DNA from: Gammaproteobacteria bacterium
Lineage (GTDB): Bacteria; Pseudomonadota; Gammaproteobacteria; GCA-001735895
Direction of reading: 5' to 3'
Assembly (NCBI GenBank): GCA_030066335.1
Contig: JASJBV010000070.1
Span: 1 to 42,590 of the forward strand
DNA length: 42,590 nucleotides
Part shown: in pieces, positions 18,417 to 26,968 of the stretch
How positions within the stretch are numbered: the first letter of the stretch is position 1
How the letters are laid out: each line of letters begins with the position of its first letter
Translations under genes and position numbers: made by a program
The notes under the pieces: model-generated
Seen by the model: the letters and a program-made list of their open reading frames with translations, nothing else
Database searches by the model: none
Told to the model about the DNA's origin: nothing

Positions 18417-19193
18417 TTACTGGTCTTGCAACAACTCACTAAAACTTTGACCGATATAGCGTTGATAGACCTTGTCTACGAAGCCCTCCTCCAGCAAGAC
18501 CTCGAATTGTTGATTATATTTTTCCTGTGCTTCGGCACGTTGTTTGGAAAAAGACAGGTACAGCTTATCCACCGACACCGGCGGTAGGATAGGGCGCAGG
18601 TTTAACTGATGTATTTTAATGTAGTCAAAGGTACTGACCAGGTCGGCAATACCGGTGTCGACCCGTTTGAACGCAATCTTTCTGATGTTGCCCTGGTCAT
18701 CGACCGCGGTCTCGCTGGACAGGTTCAATTCACTGATCAGGTCGGTCACCGTCTGCGAGTAATTGTAACCATCGACCAGACCGATACTTCGGTCTTTGAG
18801 GTCTGTTAAGCTCCGAAAACTGCTGTCTGCATGTACCCAGAAGGTATCGCTGTAAATGCTGATACTGACCGGACCCTGGATGAACTCGTCCCGGTCAGCA
18901 GCATCGATCACCGCATCCATCGTGCCATCCTCGACATTTTGCAGGCAGCGTTTCCACGGTAGCTCGACAAACTCGACGGGTTGTTCAAGCCGACGTGATG
19001 CCTCCTTGATGATATCAATCGAAATTCCCCGGAATGCCATTTGCTCATACATCGCAAACGGTGGCCATTGATTGAAACATAACTGCAGGGCTTCCTGCGC
19101 GGCCAGGGCCCGGCCACTGAACAGCCACAGAGATAGCGTACATATAAATACGCAGAAACCGCTTGAAGACCGATAGCTTGAAGTTTTAGACAT
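18417..19193 (-). CDS. Orphan periplasmic solute-binding protein, family 3 (amino-acid ABC SBP-like)
   Basis: Track ORF 18417..19295. The ATG at 19193 gives MSKTSSYRSSSGFCVFICTLSLWLFSGRALA (signal peptide), followed by an SBP_bac_3-like pattern (WPPF...GISIDII...ELPWKR...DA). No permease or ATPase gene is nearby. Confidence 0.65.
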   Translation of the reverse strand: MSKTSSYRSSSGFCVFICTLSLWLFSGRALAAQEALQLCFNQWPPFAMYEQMAFRGISIDIIKEASRRLEQPVEFVELPWKRCLQNVEDGTMDAVIDAADRDEFIQGPVSISIYSDTFWVHADSSFRSLTDLKDRSIGLVDGYNYSQTVTDLISELNLSSETAVDDQGNIRKIAFKRVDTGIADLVSTFDYIKIHQLNLRPILPPVSVDKLYLSFSKQRAEAQEKYNQQFEVLLEEGFVDKVYQRYIGQSFSELLQDQ

Positions 19194-19308
19194 AAGATGC
19201 AGGGGTAAGGCAGATAGTCTTAGCTTTAATTGTATACGAAATAACCAGAATTTCCGATGAACATACAGTACATGTCGCCGGTATCTGTGACGCACTTCGG
19301 CTGAGTAA

Positions 19309-20325
19309 TTATTGCTTTATCCATTCAGGCCCGGTCAGCGCAGACATCGATTGCAGGTCGGCCGGTGGATTCAGTTGCAGCCTGATCGTCTTGTCCAGGG
19401 AAGCAGCCAGCCATTGTTTTTCCGCGCTGGGTGTTCCTAACAACCGCAGCAACTCCGGGTCCGTTTCCTGTTTTGGGTTCGCGTCTCCGCAAAATACCCT
19501 GAGGGTAGCGCAGACGAGCTGCATCCGGGAAAGAATGGGTACCAGGGTGATATTGCGTCCGCAGGCGGCGAATGGCCGCGGTGGATACAGTTGTCCGCCG
19601 ATCGCTGCCAGCACCAGCTGCAGATTGCGCACAAAATCCCAATGGCAGGGCATCAGTAGATCAATGGCCAGGGCCAGCGAGAGTTCAGCCTGCTGACCGT
19701 TTTCCTGGTCATGGATCATGCTGCGCGCGGTTTGTAACCAGAACGCCTGGTGTTTCTTGTAGTAGTCCGGGCAGTCATCCAGATAAGCCAGTTCATAATC
19801 ACCGCCGGCTAACAACAGCCACCGATATTGCCCAGCGCAATCGTCTACTGACTGCGGCCAGTGGATATGGCTGCGGATCTTGTCTATAACCCGTTGTACC
19901 TGCCACTGTTTCAACGGGGTGGGCTCTCCCAGACCGGCCAGCAGTTGCGTTGCCGACAGGTCGCCAACCGTCAAATCGGCCTCGCTACTCGGGTTACCCG
20001 CACGCCAGGACTCGAGCAGCTTACAGGCATGCTGCCAGACGATCTCGCTGGGATGAAGCTGACCTGGCGGTCGGGTACCCAGACCTTTATCGCTGTCCCC
20101 GCTAGCGATTGCCTCGATGATATTTTGGACCCAGCGTTCCGCCTTGTGATGGCACAACTCGAGCGCGGTGATAAGTTGGCGGATCTTGACCAGGTTGGCG
20201 GGCAGCGGCGCCAGCCGATCCTCCAGCGCATCGATGGCGATGATTTCAGCATCGCGCTGCAACGCGCAATTACGCCAGCAGGGCCGGCAGGCATTGGTCA
20301 GCGACTGGTGCTGGTGATCAGACAT
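19309..20325 (-). CDS. Hypothetical 338-aa Cys/His-rich protein
   Basis: Track ORF 19309..20430. The ATG at 20325 (MSDHQHQSLTNACRPCWRNC) overlaps the GNAT stop by 8 nt (ATGTCTGA). It has 11 Cys, including an N-terminal CxxCxxxC. No family recognised. Confidence 0.55.
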   Translation of the reverse strand: MSDHQHQSLTNACRPCWRNCALQRDAEIIAIDALEDRLAPLPANLVKIRQLITALELCHHKAERWVQNIIEAIASGDSDKGLGTRPPGQLHPSEIVWQHACKLLESWRAGNPSSEADLTVGDLSATQLLAGLGEPTPLKQWQVQRVIDKIRSHIHWPQSVDDCAGQYRWLLLAGGDYELAYLDDCPDYYKKHQAFWLQTARSMIHDQENGQQAELSLALAIDLLMPCHWDFVRNLQLVLAAIGGQLYPPRPFAACGRNITLVPILSRMQLVCATLRVFCGDANPKQETDPELLRLLGTPSAEKQWLAASLDKTIRLQLNPPADLQSMSALTGPEWIKQ

Positions 20326-20794
20326 CAGCAACGGCCAGCGATCGTTGCATCGGGATAAACCTGATCCCGTTGACCGTTGTGGCATCAGCGGTTGGCTGAA
20401 ATCCCAGCTTGCGATAAAACGGCTCGGCATACAGCGACGAATTGACGGTCAGGTTTACCAGCTGCGGATTATTGGCACGGATCCGCCGGATTGCCCCGGC
20501 CAACAGCTCACCCGCTATACCCTGACCGCGCAGGCTGACAAACAACATGGCGATTCGATCAGGCGGGATAAATTCCAGCATACCGACGATGTCATCGCCC
20601 TGGCAGGCGACCAGCACGAACCCATCCGGTTGGCGGCGGGCGCGGAGCGCGACGGGGTTGGCGAAACGGAAGAACTCGGCGATACCGGCCGGTTCAAGAT
20701 CCGCGGCCACGAATTCATTGAACACATGCTCGACCAGTCGGGAAACTGCCTGTTCTTCACCGGTTTTCATCTGTCGGTAGATTATCTGTGGCAT
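20318..20794 (-). CDS. GNAT-family N-acetyltransferase
   Basis: 158 aa. Acetyl-CoA binding motif LRGQGIAGELLAGA (R/Q-x-x-G-x-G/A) and C-terminal YRKLGF. Confidence 0.8.
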   Translation of the reverse strand: MPQIIYRQMKTGEEQAVSRLVEHVFNEFVAADLEPAGIAEFFRFANPVALRARRQPDGFVLVACQGDDIVGMLEFIPPDRIAMLFVSLRGQGIAGELLAGAIRRIRANNPQLVNLTVNSSLYAEPFYRKLGFQPTADATTVNGIRFIPMQRSLAVADV

Positions 20795-20838
20795 CGTTAT
20801 CGCTTCGTCAGTGCCTGGTTAGCCGGTTACAGTATCCA

Positions 20839-21465
20839 TCACAGCAATCCCAGTTCAACCAGCGCCTTTTTCACATCCCCATGAGAGGTGACATGAACCG
20901 CCGGCATCCCCAGTGCTTCGGCGCCGTGGATATTCTCCTCGGTATCATCGAACAACAGCATAGCATTCAATGCAATACCGGTAGCCTGGGCGATGTACGC
21001 AAACGCCGCTGGCTCCGGCTTCCTGGACCCGATCTCGGAGGATACAAAGACCTGCTTAAAAGGTTGCAGTGCCTGATGGTATTCGCGCATCCAGAATCGC
21101 TGATGCACGGGATTGGAGTTCGACAGCAGGAAACAGGGTAAGCTGGCTGCCGCAGCGGCAATGTAGTCAACGGTCTCGCCGACCTCACCGATGAAGATCG
21201 CATTCCAGCCCTGTTCGATCTGGGCATCATCCGCATTCAGCTCGAGCAGGCTGCGCAGGTGGTCAAAGTATTGGGTCGGGGTTATTTCACCGCGTTCGTG
21301 TTGGCGGTAGGCCTCATCCATGATCAATCGATCACGCAGGGTCTGGATGGGCAGGCGGGTCCATGCTTGCCATTTCTCCAGCGCCCGCTCGAAATCTATG
21401 TTCAGAATCACCCCGCCCAGGTCGAACAGTAAACCGTCGACAGTATCTGCTTCAGGCACGGACAT
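20839..21465 (-). CDS. HAD-IA hydrolase, YihX (glucose-1-phosphatase)-like
   Basis: 208 aa. LLFDLGGVILNIDFERAL..W...Y.QHERGEI...LLSNSN......SSEIG.RKPE...FDD...NI.GA is colinear with E. coli YihX. Confidence 0.8.
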   Translation of the reverse strand: MSVPEADTVDGLLFDLGGVILNIDFERALEKWQAWTRLPIQTLRDRLIMDEAYRQHERGEITPTQYFDHLRSLLELNADDAQIEQGWNAIFIGEVGETVDYIAAAAASLPCFLLSNSNPVHQRFWMREYHQALQPFKQVFVSSEIGSRKPEPAAFAYIAQATGIALNAMLLFDDTEENIHGAEALGMPAVHVTSHGDVKKALVELGLL

Positions 21466-21576
21466 ATTCTCTCCTAAGCTTATGTGACAGGAGAAATATT
21501 AGTGATTTTGGAGAAGTTAGGTAAGAAAAGATCGCGAGATTAGCGATTGAATGCAGCTGGGGAGGGAGATGAATGA

Positions 21577-21602
21577 CCGTGCGGACCGTTTGGTCCGCAC
21601 GG
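21577..21602 (-). other. Perfect 11-bp stem-loop just downstream of the 53-aa ORF
   Basis: CCGTGCGGACC (21577-21587), loop GTTT, GGTCCGCACGG (21592-21602). It lies 10 nt past the stop at 21612. No U-tract follows, so it is not a canonical intrinsic terminator. Confidence 0.5.
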
Positions 21603-21611
21603 TACGCAGGA

Positions 21612-21773
21612 TTAGGGCTGCTTGGGCTTGGTGTACTCGGCCTCTTTCTGCCAGGGTTCCCAGATAGTTTCGTAGCCGACGTAACCCTTCTCATTAGGGT
21701 CCATCTGGCGGGTTTTCAGGTAGTCTGACTGACCTTCGGGAACCTTAGGTCTGGTATTCTTTTGCTCGCTCAT
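21612..21773 (-). CDS. Unannotated small ORF, 53 aa, hypothetical
   Basis: Below the track size cutoff. ATG at 21773 is preceded by GAGGTGAATT. It translates to MSEQKNTRPKVPEGQSDYLKTRQMDPNEKGYVGYETIWEPWQKEAEYTKPKQP with stop TAA at 21614-21612. Followed by the stem-loop above. Confidence 0.5.
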   Translation of the reverse strand: MSEQKNTRPKVPEGQSDYLKTRQMDPNEKGYVGYETIWEPWQKEAEYTKPKQP

Positions 21774-21922
21774 AATTCACCTCAAATCAATAAGTTACAC
21801 AAGGAGTTGTCATGGAAAAGACTAATATTAGCATTTTACGGTAATAATTATTAATCAAAAAACTTATGGCACCCATAAAATCGGGCTTGTTTGGCTGTGG
21901 CAGGTGGCCGAAAGAACAGTAA

Positions 21923-22558
21923 TTATCGATCGTATGGATCATCCGATAGCAGCGAGCTGACATAGGGCGCGTAGGTCAACACGGCACCCTGCGATACGCC
22001 CAGGCCGTTGAAGGATTCCAGCACCTGCAACAGATTCGCCTCACTTTGCGGATCCTGTTGCAGCGCCGCCAGGGCGGAGATCAGGGGTTTGACGTCCTCG
22101 GCCTCGACATACTGCTCGAGCATCTGGATCGCGGTTGCAATCTCATCGACATTGACCTTGCGCTTGATCTCGGCGATGTCCGGTTGTCCGGCCTCGTCGA
22201 ATTCCGGCGGTTCTTCATAGACATTACCGCCCGGCGCACTGTCCTGCGCCGACGATCTCAAGCCGGCGAAGGCATTGAATTCATCGGTCGCCCTGCGCTT
22301 CAGGGTATCGACGAACGCATTGAATGCCTCGGGATTGGGTTTATTCAGGTACAGCGAGACCAGCGGCGCGCACTTTACCCGGCCATAGAAATCCAGGCTT
22401 GATTCGTTGATGACGGGATCTGGATTCAGGTTTGCCAATTCCATGGTCAGCATCTGTTCCTTGAACGGTTTCTTGATGCGGACATGTAGCATGTCATCGA
22501 CGATTTCGAATTCCTGGGTGCCCTTCAACAGGTTTTTCTGGATGAGTTTAGCGGTCAT
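21923..22558 (-). CDS. Hypothetical 211-aa protein
   Basis: A clean ORF. The N-terminal ~95 aa is beta-rich (MTAKLIQKNLLKGTQEFEIVDDMLHVRIKK...), followed by an acidic linker and a helical C-terminal part. No family recognised. Confidence 0.6.
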   Translation of the reverse strand: MTAKLIQKNLLKGTQEFEIVDDMLHVRIKKPFKEQMLTMELANLNPDPVINESSLDFYGRVKCAPLVSLYLNKPNPEAFNAFVDTLKRRATDEFNAFAGLRSSAQDSAPGGNVYEEPPEFDEAGQPDIAEIKRKVNVDEIATAIQMLEQYVEAEDVKPLISALAALQQDPQSEANLLQVLESFNGLGVSQGAVLTYAPYVSSLLSDDPYDR

Positions 22559-22656
22559 GGTCGGCTGATTTTATCGGATAAGCTGGATAAATAGGGCCTG
22601 AACCGATCAATTTAAAGCCAAATCGTGCCCAACCCGGGCGAATTAGGGTCTATTCG

Positions 22657-23274
22657 TTAAAACCGCATGACCAGGGCAACGCCGGCGCGCGAGCCCAGAG
22701 TAACCAGATAAGACCAAAGAATGCCGATCAGCCCGCGGCCATCGAGCTGTGAGCGAGCCTCATCGCGATGGGAGATCTCGTCCGCGCGACAGCGTTCGAG
22801 CAGTTCGCGCAGGTCTCCGTGCGCCGGGTCCCGGGCGAGAATCTCGATCTGTTCACGGTAGTGTTCATCGACGAAGGTCTCGACCACGTCGATGGTCCGG
22901 TAAACCGCACTGGCTCCAAACAAAGCAGGCAAGGCACCGGTAAGCCAACCCGCCCAGCGACAGGCGGGAAGCAGTCGACTGCGTTGCTGCGCTGGCAGAA
23001 TAGCCTCGATCAGTTGCAGATGCTCGCTCTCGGTAGCCAGGTGATGCCGGGCAAATTCACGGATCGCGGGATCACGCGAGACCGCCAGAATACCCCGGTA
23101 GATCGCAACCGCCCCGCTCTCACCGGCATGATCGGAACGCACAGCCGCAATCATGTGCTCTGGCACCTGGATAGCAGCGGGTGCAGACTGTCGGGACTGA
23201 TCAGGGTTCAGATCAGAATTCGATTCGGATAACAGCGAGGATTTCATCGGAGCAGCTCTTAAGCGATAGGGCAA
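22657..23274 (-). CDS. coq7: Demethoxyubiquinone hydroxylase, COQ7 family (di-iron carboxylate)
   Basis: HAGESGAVAIYRG, ESEHL, VDEHY and ADEISHRDEA give the paired ExxH di-iron motifs of COQ7. The track start at 23274 is TTG. The ATG at 23247 (MKSSLL) is an alternative. Confidence 0.8.
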   Translation of the reverse strand: MPYRLRAAPMKSSLLSESNSDLNPDQSRQSAPAAIQVPEHMIAAVRSDHAGESGAVAIYRGILAVSRDPAIREFARHHLATESEHLQLIEAILPAQQRSRLLPACRWAGWLTGALPALFGASAVYRTIDVVETFVDEHYREQIEILARDPAHGDLRELLERCRADEISHRDEARSQLDGRGLIGILWSYLVTLGSRAGVALVMRF

Positions 23275-23327
23275 TCGATGAGACTTGAAATTGCAAGGAA
23301 AGTTCTAAACGGTTGGCAAGCTAGCGC

Positions 23328-24074
23328 TTAGTCTTTGTGCATGATTAAAAATTCGTAGCCGAAATACTGCGAGTATTGGCGGTACAAGTCGACCTCGGCC
23401 TGAAAGTCGGCGAACACCGATAATGCGAGCTTGTTGTCCTGGTATTTGTCGTTCAGGCGCGGTAATTGCTGTTCCATCGGCCCATAGTAATTATCCAGCC
23501 AGGAAGACTCGGGCAGGGTGAAATGGTCGATCATGCTGAAGCCGGCCTTTTCGATCTGCTTGATCTTGCTGGCAACATCTGCGATGTCGGGATACTCGTG
23601 CTGGAAATAATCGACCACGGGTGCCGGCGGCTCGGCAGCGAGATAAACCAGTTCGGTCAGCGCCAGGCTGCCACCGGGTTTCAATAACTGGTAACAACGT
23701 CTCAGGCCATTTTCAAAACCCATGTTGTACAGCGCACCTTCCGACCAGATGATGTCGAAGACTTCATTCCTGAAATTCATCTGCTGCATCGACATGTTTT
23801 GCGGGACCACATTGTCTTCAAGGCCCTCGCTTTTCGCCTGCTCCAGCAACAGGTCAAGAAAACCCTGGTGATTGTCCACCGCGATGATCTTACCGCGGGA
23901 GATCTTTGCCAGTTCGATGGTTTGCATACCCTGCCCGCAGCCGATGTCCAGGATCAACGGCGTTTCAACCTTGGCGGGTATCGCCGCATATGCTTTTGCA
24001 GTAGACACATTATCGCCCGGCCCGCTACGGGGCAAGGCTTCACACAATTCGTAGATATACTCGATGCCCTGCAT
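23328..24074 (-). CDS. Class I SAM-dependent methyltransferase
   Basis: 248 aa. Motif I ILDIGCGQGMQT, post-I IIAVD, then WSEGALYNMGFENGL...LKPGGSLA. The substrate is not inferable. Confidence 0.8.
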   Translation of the reverse strand: MQGIEYIYELCEALPRSGPGDNVSTAKAYAAIPAKVETPLILDIGCGQGMQTIELAKISRGKIIAVDNHQGFLDLLLEQAKSEGLEDNVVPQNMSMQQMNFRNEVFDIIWSEGALYNMGFENGLRRCYQLLKPGGSLALTELVYLAAEPPAPVVDYFQHEYPDIADVASKIKQIEKAGFSMIDHFTLPESSWLDNYYGPMEQQLPRLNDKYQDNKLALSVFADFQAEVDLYRQYSQYFGYEFLIMHKD

Positions 24075-24231
24075 GATGGATTTCTAATTTCTAATGTTTC
24101 TGATTATAGCGCAAGGTTCAAATCTGACCCGGGACAATCATGTCCCTGGTTCAGACCCATGAGCCCGACCATTCAGCCAGGCCAAGCCATTGCTTAAGCC
24201 GAAAAATATTATTCCGACCCCTGTCATATCT

Positions 24232-24525
24232 TCACTGGTCATATGCTTCCAGGTTAATGTCGGAATGTTTCAATACTGCCTGCATTTGCAGCCGTTTTTG
24301 CCCGGCCGCTACCGCCATCACCTTGGCCAGGACTTCGGATATTTCACCCCTGGAAACATTTGCCTGTTTGGCCTGTTTTAAGTAGTACTCGGTGCAAGGC
24401 GCACAATTCATGGCCATGGCTGCAGCCAAGCCAACAAGCAATTCTGTTTTTTGATCCAGATAATCATTGTTGTGGGTTGATGCATAGAATGTATCGTAGA
24501 GTTCCTGCTGTCGTTTGCTAAGCAT
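24232..24525 (-). CDS. Carboxymuconolactone decarboxylase (AhpD-like) family protein
   Basis: Track ORF 24232..24594. The ATG at 24525 (MLSKRQQELY) is preceded by AGGGAGA. LDQKTELLVGLAAAMAMNCAPCTEYY carries the CxxC of the AhpD/CMD fold. Confidence 0.7.
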   Translation of the reverse strand: MLSKRQQELYDTFYASTHNNDYLDQKTELLVGLAAAMAMNCAPCTEYYLKQAKQANVSRGEISEVLAKVMAVAAGQKRLQMQAVLKHSDINLEAYDQ

Positions 24526-24606
24526 TGTTGTCTCCCTTGATTTGCATGCTGGCGCTAAGCCATGGGTGAGAGGAATCGGGTTCAGCGTTCCCAAGCATGC
24601 TGGTCG

Positions 24607-25095
24607 CTATTTTTTTTCAAAATAAGCATTAAAATTTATCTCGGTTGGTCGCTTTTCAACTGATCCTGCATCATTCTCTGTTGTTATTGCGCCGAAATAC
24701 ATTCGCTCGTCTACAACATACATGATAGTGAAGAAATCGGGAGTGGCAGAAAGGCCCAGGTTTGACTCCACCATGGCATCAATAAAATCGATATCATAAA
24801 TTTCCAGGCCAGAATCAGAAATATACGGATCACCCAAGATGTAGCTCCCCCTGGTCGTAATTACTGCTGCCAATGGTGGCCGTTGGATATTGATACACTG
24901 GTTATCATCCGAGCCATAGATCGTATTTTGAAATTCTCCATCACCCAATATTATTTCTTCGTAGGCAAATATATCTGTAGAAACAGTATTACATGAACCC
25001 CATGTCCCAAAGATAGAAATATCTTTTTCGTTAGAGGCACACGAGCTTAACAAGCCGATCGATATAAAGAATAAAAAAAGTCTCATGTGATGCAA
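24607..25095 (-). CDS. Hypothetical lipoprotein
   Basis: MHHMRLFLFFISIGLLSSCASN has a lipobox (LSSC). Markedly AT-rich. The start may be the ATG at 25086. Confidence 0.6.
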   Translation of the reverse strand: MHHMRLFLFFISIGLLSSCASNEKDISIFGTWGSCNTVSTDIFAYEEIILGDGEFQNTIYGSDDNQCINIQRPPLAAVITTRGSYILGDPYISDSGLEIYDIDFIDAMVESNLGLSATPDFFTIMYVVDERMYFGAITTENDAGSVEKRPTEINFNAYFEKK

Positions 25096-25185
25096 TAGGT
25101 ATATTGAGTTACTTCAGTTGAGACAGCGTAAATGAAAGCTAATAGCTTCACCCTGCCCCCATTCTTTCCTATTCTCAAGGTTTTT

Positions 25186-25851
25186 TTATTGACGGCTCTT
25201 GAAAAGCTTTGGATTCCGGTCAATGAATGCCTGGATCCAGCGTTCAAGGAAAGATTCATTTCTTGCTTTTTTGATATAACCATATCCGAGCACGGCGATG
25301 ATCAGGGCACCCAGGCTATCTACAATCAAATCCCACATGGTATCGGTTAACCCGGTGGGATCACCAAGCATCTCTTTCTGCATGTTCATGCCGAAAATAC
25401 TGTCCATCGAGAATTCAAATATTTCCCACAGGGCGCCTATTGCGACAGCAAACACAAAGGCAAACAGCGCAACAAATCCCGGTTTCATATGAATATCAAT
25501 TTTCTCTGTCTCATTCAGGATATAAACCAATAGAAAACCAATAATCCCCAGCAAAAACCCAGAGCTGGTGTGGAGCACTATGTCCCACCACCAAAACCTG
25601 GTGTAGTAACCATGCACCTCACCCAGAAAAAGTGATGCAAATATGAATATCACCGACAGCAGAACAAATTCTGGAGGTATAAAAACGTTTAAAAACTTTC
25701 CCATGAAGAAAGGGAACAGGGTTATTACAATAATCGACGTCGTTATCAATGCGGTAAGCCATTGTTGACTGAAAACTGCCAATATCGCTTCAATCAGCAA
25801 GATCGCCTGCAGAGAAACCGTCAACCAGCGATGCATCTTCAACTGGCTCAT
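25186..25851 (-). CDS. Hypothetical polytopic inner-membrane protein
   Basis: 221 aa with ~6 hydrophobic spans. Contains WWWDIVLHTSSGF and ALWEIFEFSMDSIFG motifs. AT-rich. Family uncertain. Confidence 0.6.
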   Translation of the reverse strand: MSQLKMHRWLTVSLQAILLIEAILAVFSQQWLTALITTSIIVITLFPFFMGKFLNVFIPPEFVLLSVIFIFASLFLGEVHGYYTRFWWWDIVLHTSSGFLLGIIGFLLVYILNETEKIDIHMKPGFVALFAFVFAVAIGALWEIFEFSMDSIFGMNMQKEMLGDPTGLTDTMWDLIVDSLGALIIAVLGYGYIKKARNESFLERWIQAFIDRNPKLFKSRQ

Positions 25852-26032
25852 GATTACCCCACAAGCTGATGTTCAAGTGAAATGATATTAATCGGGCAGT
25901 GTTTTTTTATCATCGGTATTGGCGAAGCAAACTTCATCAGTAATTAACCCCTGGCGTTGATACCATGTTCACGGCCTGCGTTTAAGCTTGGTTTATCGGC
26001 ATTCATGCATGATACCCGGCGTCCCGGATTCT

Positions 26033-26902
26033 TCAGGCAAAATAGTAATGCGCCATGATGCCAAAAAACACCACCGCACCCACCCAGTGATTGTGCAGAA
26101 ACGCCTGGAAACAGAATTCGGGCACCCGGTAGACGATCATCGCCTGCTGATAAGCAAGCAGTATGGCAGCGAGGATCAACCCAACAAAATAAATGCTGGT
26201 GAATTGCAGTTCCATCCCGATCAGCCACAGGGTGACAATAAACAGCAACTGCAGGATACCTATGACCAGGCGGTCACCCTCGCCGAACAGGATCGCGGTG
26301 GACTTGACGCCGATCTTGATGTCGTCTTCGCGGTCCACCATCGCATACATGGTGTCGTAAGCCACGGTCCATAACAGGGTGGCGGTATACAACAGCCAGG
26401 TGATCTTGTCCGCCGTACCGACCTCTGCCGCATAGGCCATAGGTACCGCCCAGCCAAAGGCCGCACCCAGGTGGACCTGCGGCAGGTAATGGTAACGCTT
26501 CATGAATGGATAACTTGCTGCCAGCAGAATGCCACCGAATGACAGGTAAATGGTATAAGTGTTCAGGGTCAACACCAGGCCGAATGCGACCAGCGACAGC
26601 AGCGCAAATACCGCCAGCGTCTCTTTCGGGGTGATCTTGCCGCTGGTCAGCGGACGGTCTTTGGTGCGCGCAACATGCAGGTCGATATCGCGATCGGCAT
26701 AATCATTGATCGCGCAGCCGGCGGAACGCATCAACACCACACCCGCGACAAACACGAACAACACCCACAGGTCGGGACCGCCGTCGCCGGCGATGGCCAA
26801 TGCCCAGAGGGTCGGCCACAACAACAGGTAAATACCGATGGGACGGTCGAGGCGCACCAGCTGGGCATACAAGAGCAATCGCTCGCGGGTTAAAGCAGGC
26901 AT
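26033..26902 (-). CDS. ubiA: 4-hydroxybenzoate polyprenyltransferase
   Basis: 289 aa. GIYLLLWPTLWAL...GCAINDYADRDID (NDxxDxxxD)...YDTMYAMVDREDD. Confidence 0.9.
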   Translation of the reverse strand: MPALTRERLLLYAQLVRLDRPIGIYLLLWPTLWALAIAGDGGPDLWVLFVFVAGVVLMRSAGCAINDYADRDIDLHVARTKDRPLTSGKITPKETLAVFALLSLVAFGLVLTLNTYTIYLSFGGILLAASYPFMKRYHYLPQVHLGAAFGWAVPMAYAAEVGTADKITWLLYTATLLWTVAYDTMYAMVDREDDIKIGVKSTAILFGEGDRLVIGILQLLFIVTLWLIGMELQFTSIYFVGLILAAILLAYQQAMIVYRVPEFCFQAFLHNHWVGAVVFFGIMAHYYFA

Positions 26903-26968
26903 GAGGAAATAATGATTAACAGGAACAAGTTGGATACACTTGCGGGCATTCTAACATAAGGCCCTGAC

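Noticed and set aside
19263-19270. TACTGTAT (minus strand), a perfect LexA-box left half, upstream of the SBP gene
   Set aside because: The right half (ATACAGTA at the correct spacing) is absent, so it is not a credible SOS box.
21452-21694. 80-aa track ORF (MRRVTSATKLSGNPGRKRPSTPSPSS...)
   Set aside because: Arg/Ser/Pro-rich with no SD. It overlaps the better-supported 53-aa ORF on the same strand but in a different reading frame, spans the 11-bp hairpin and runs into the HAD gene start.
23328-24074. The SAM methyltransferase as the missing BioC, or as UbiG/UbiE given the nearby coq7 and ubiA
   Set aside because: Motifs fit a generic class I methyltransferase (SEGALYNMGF type). I see none of the N-terminal or post-motif features I associate with BioC, UbiG or UbiE. 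Proximity alone is insufficient.
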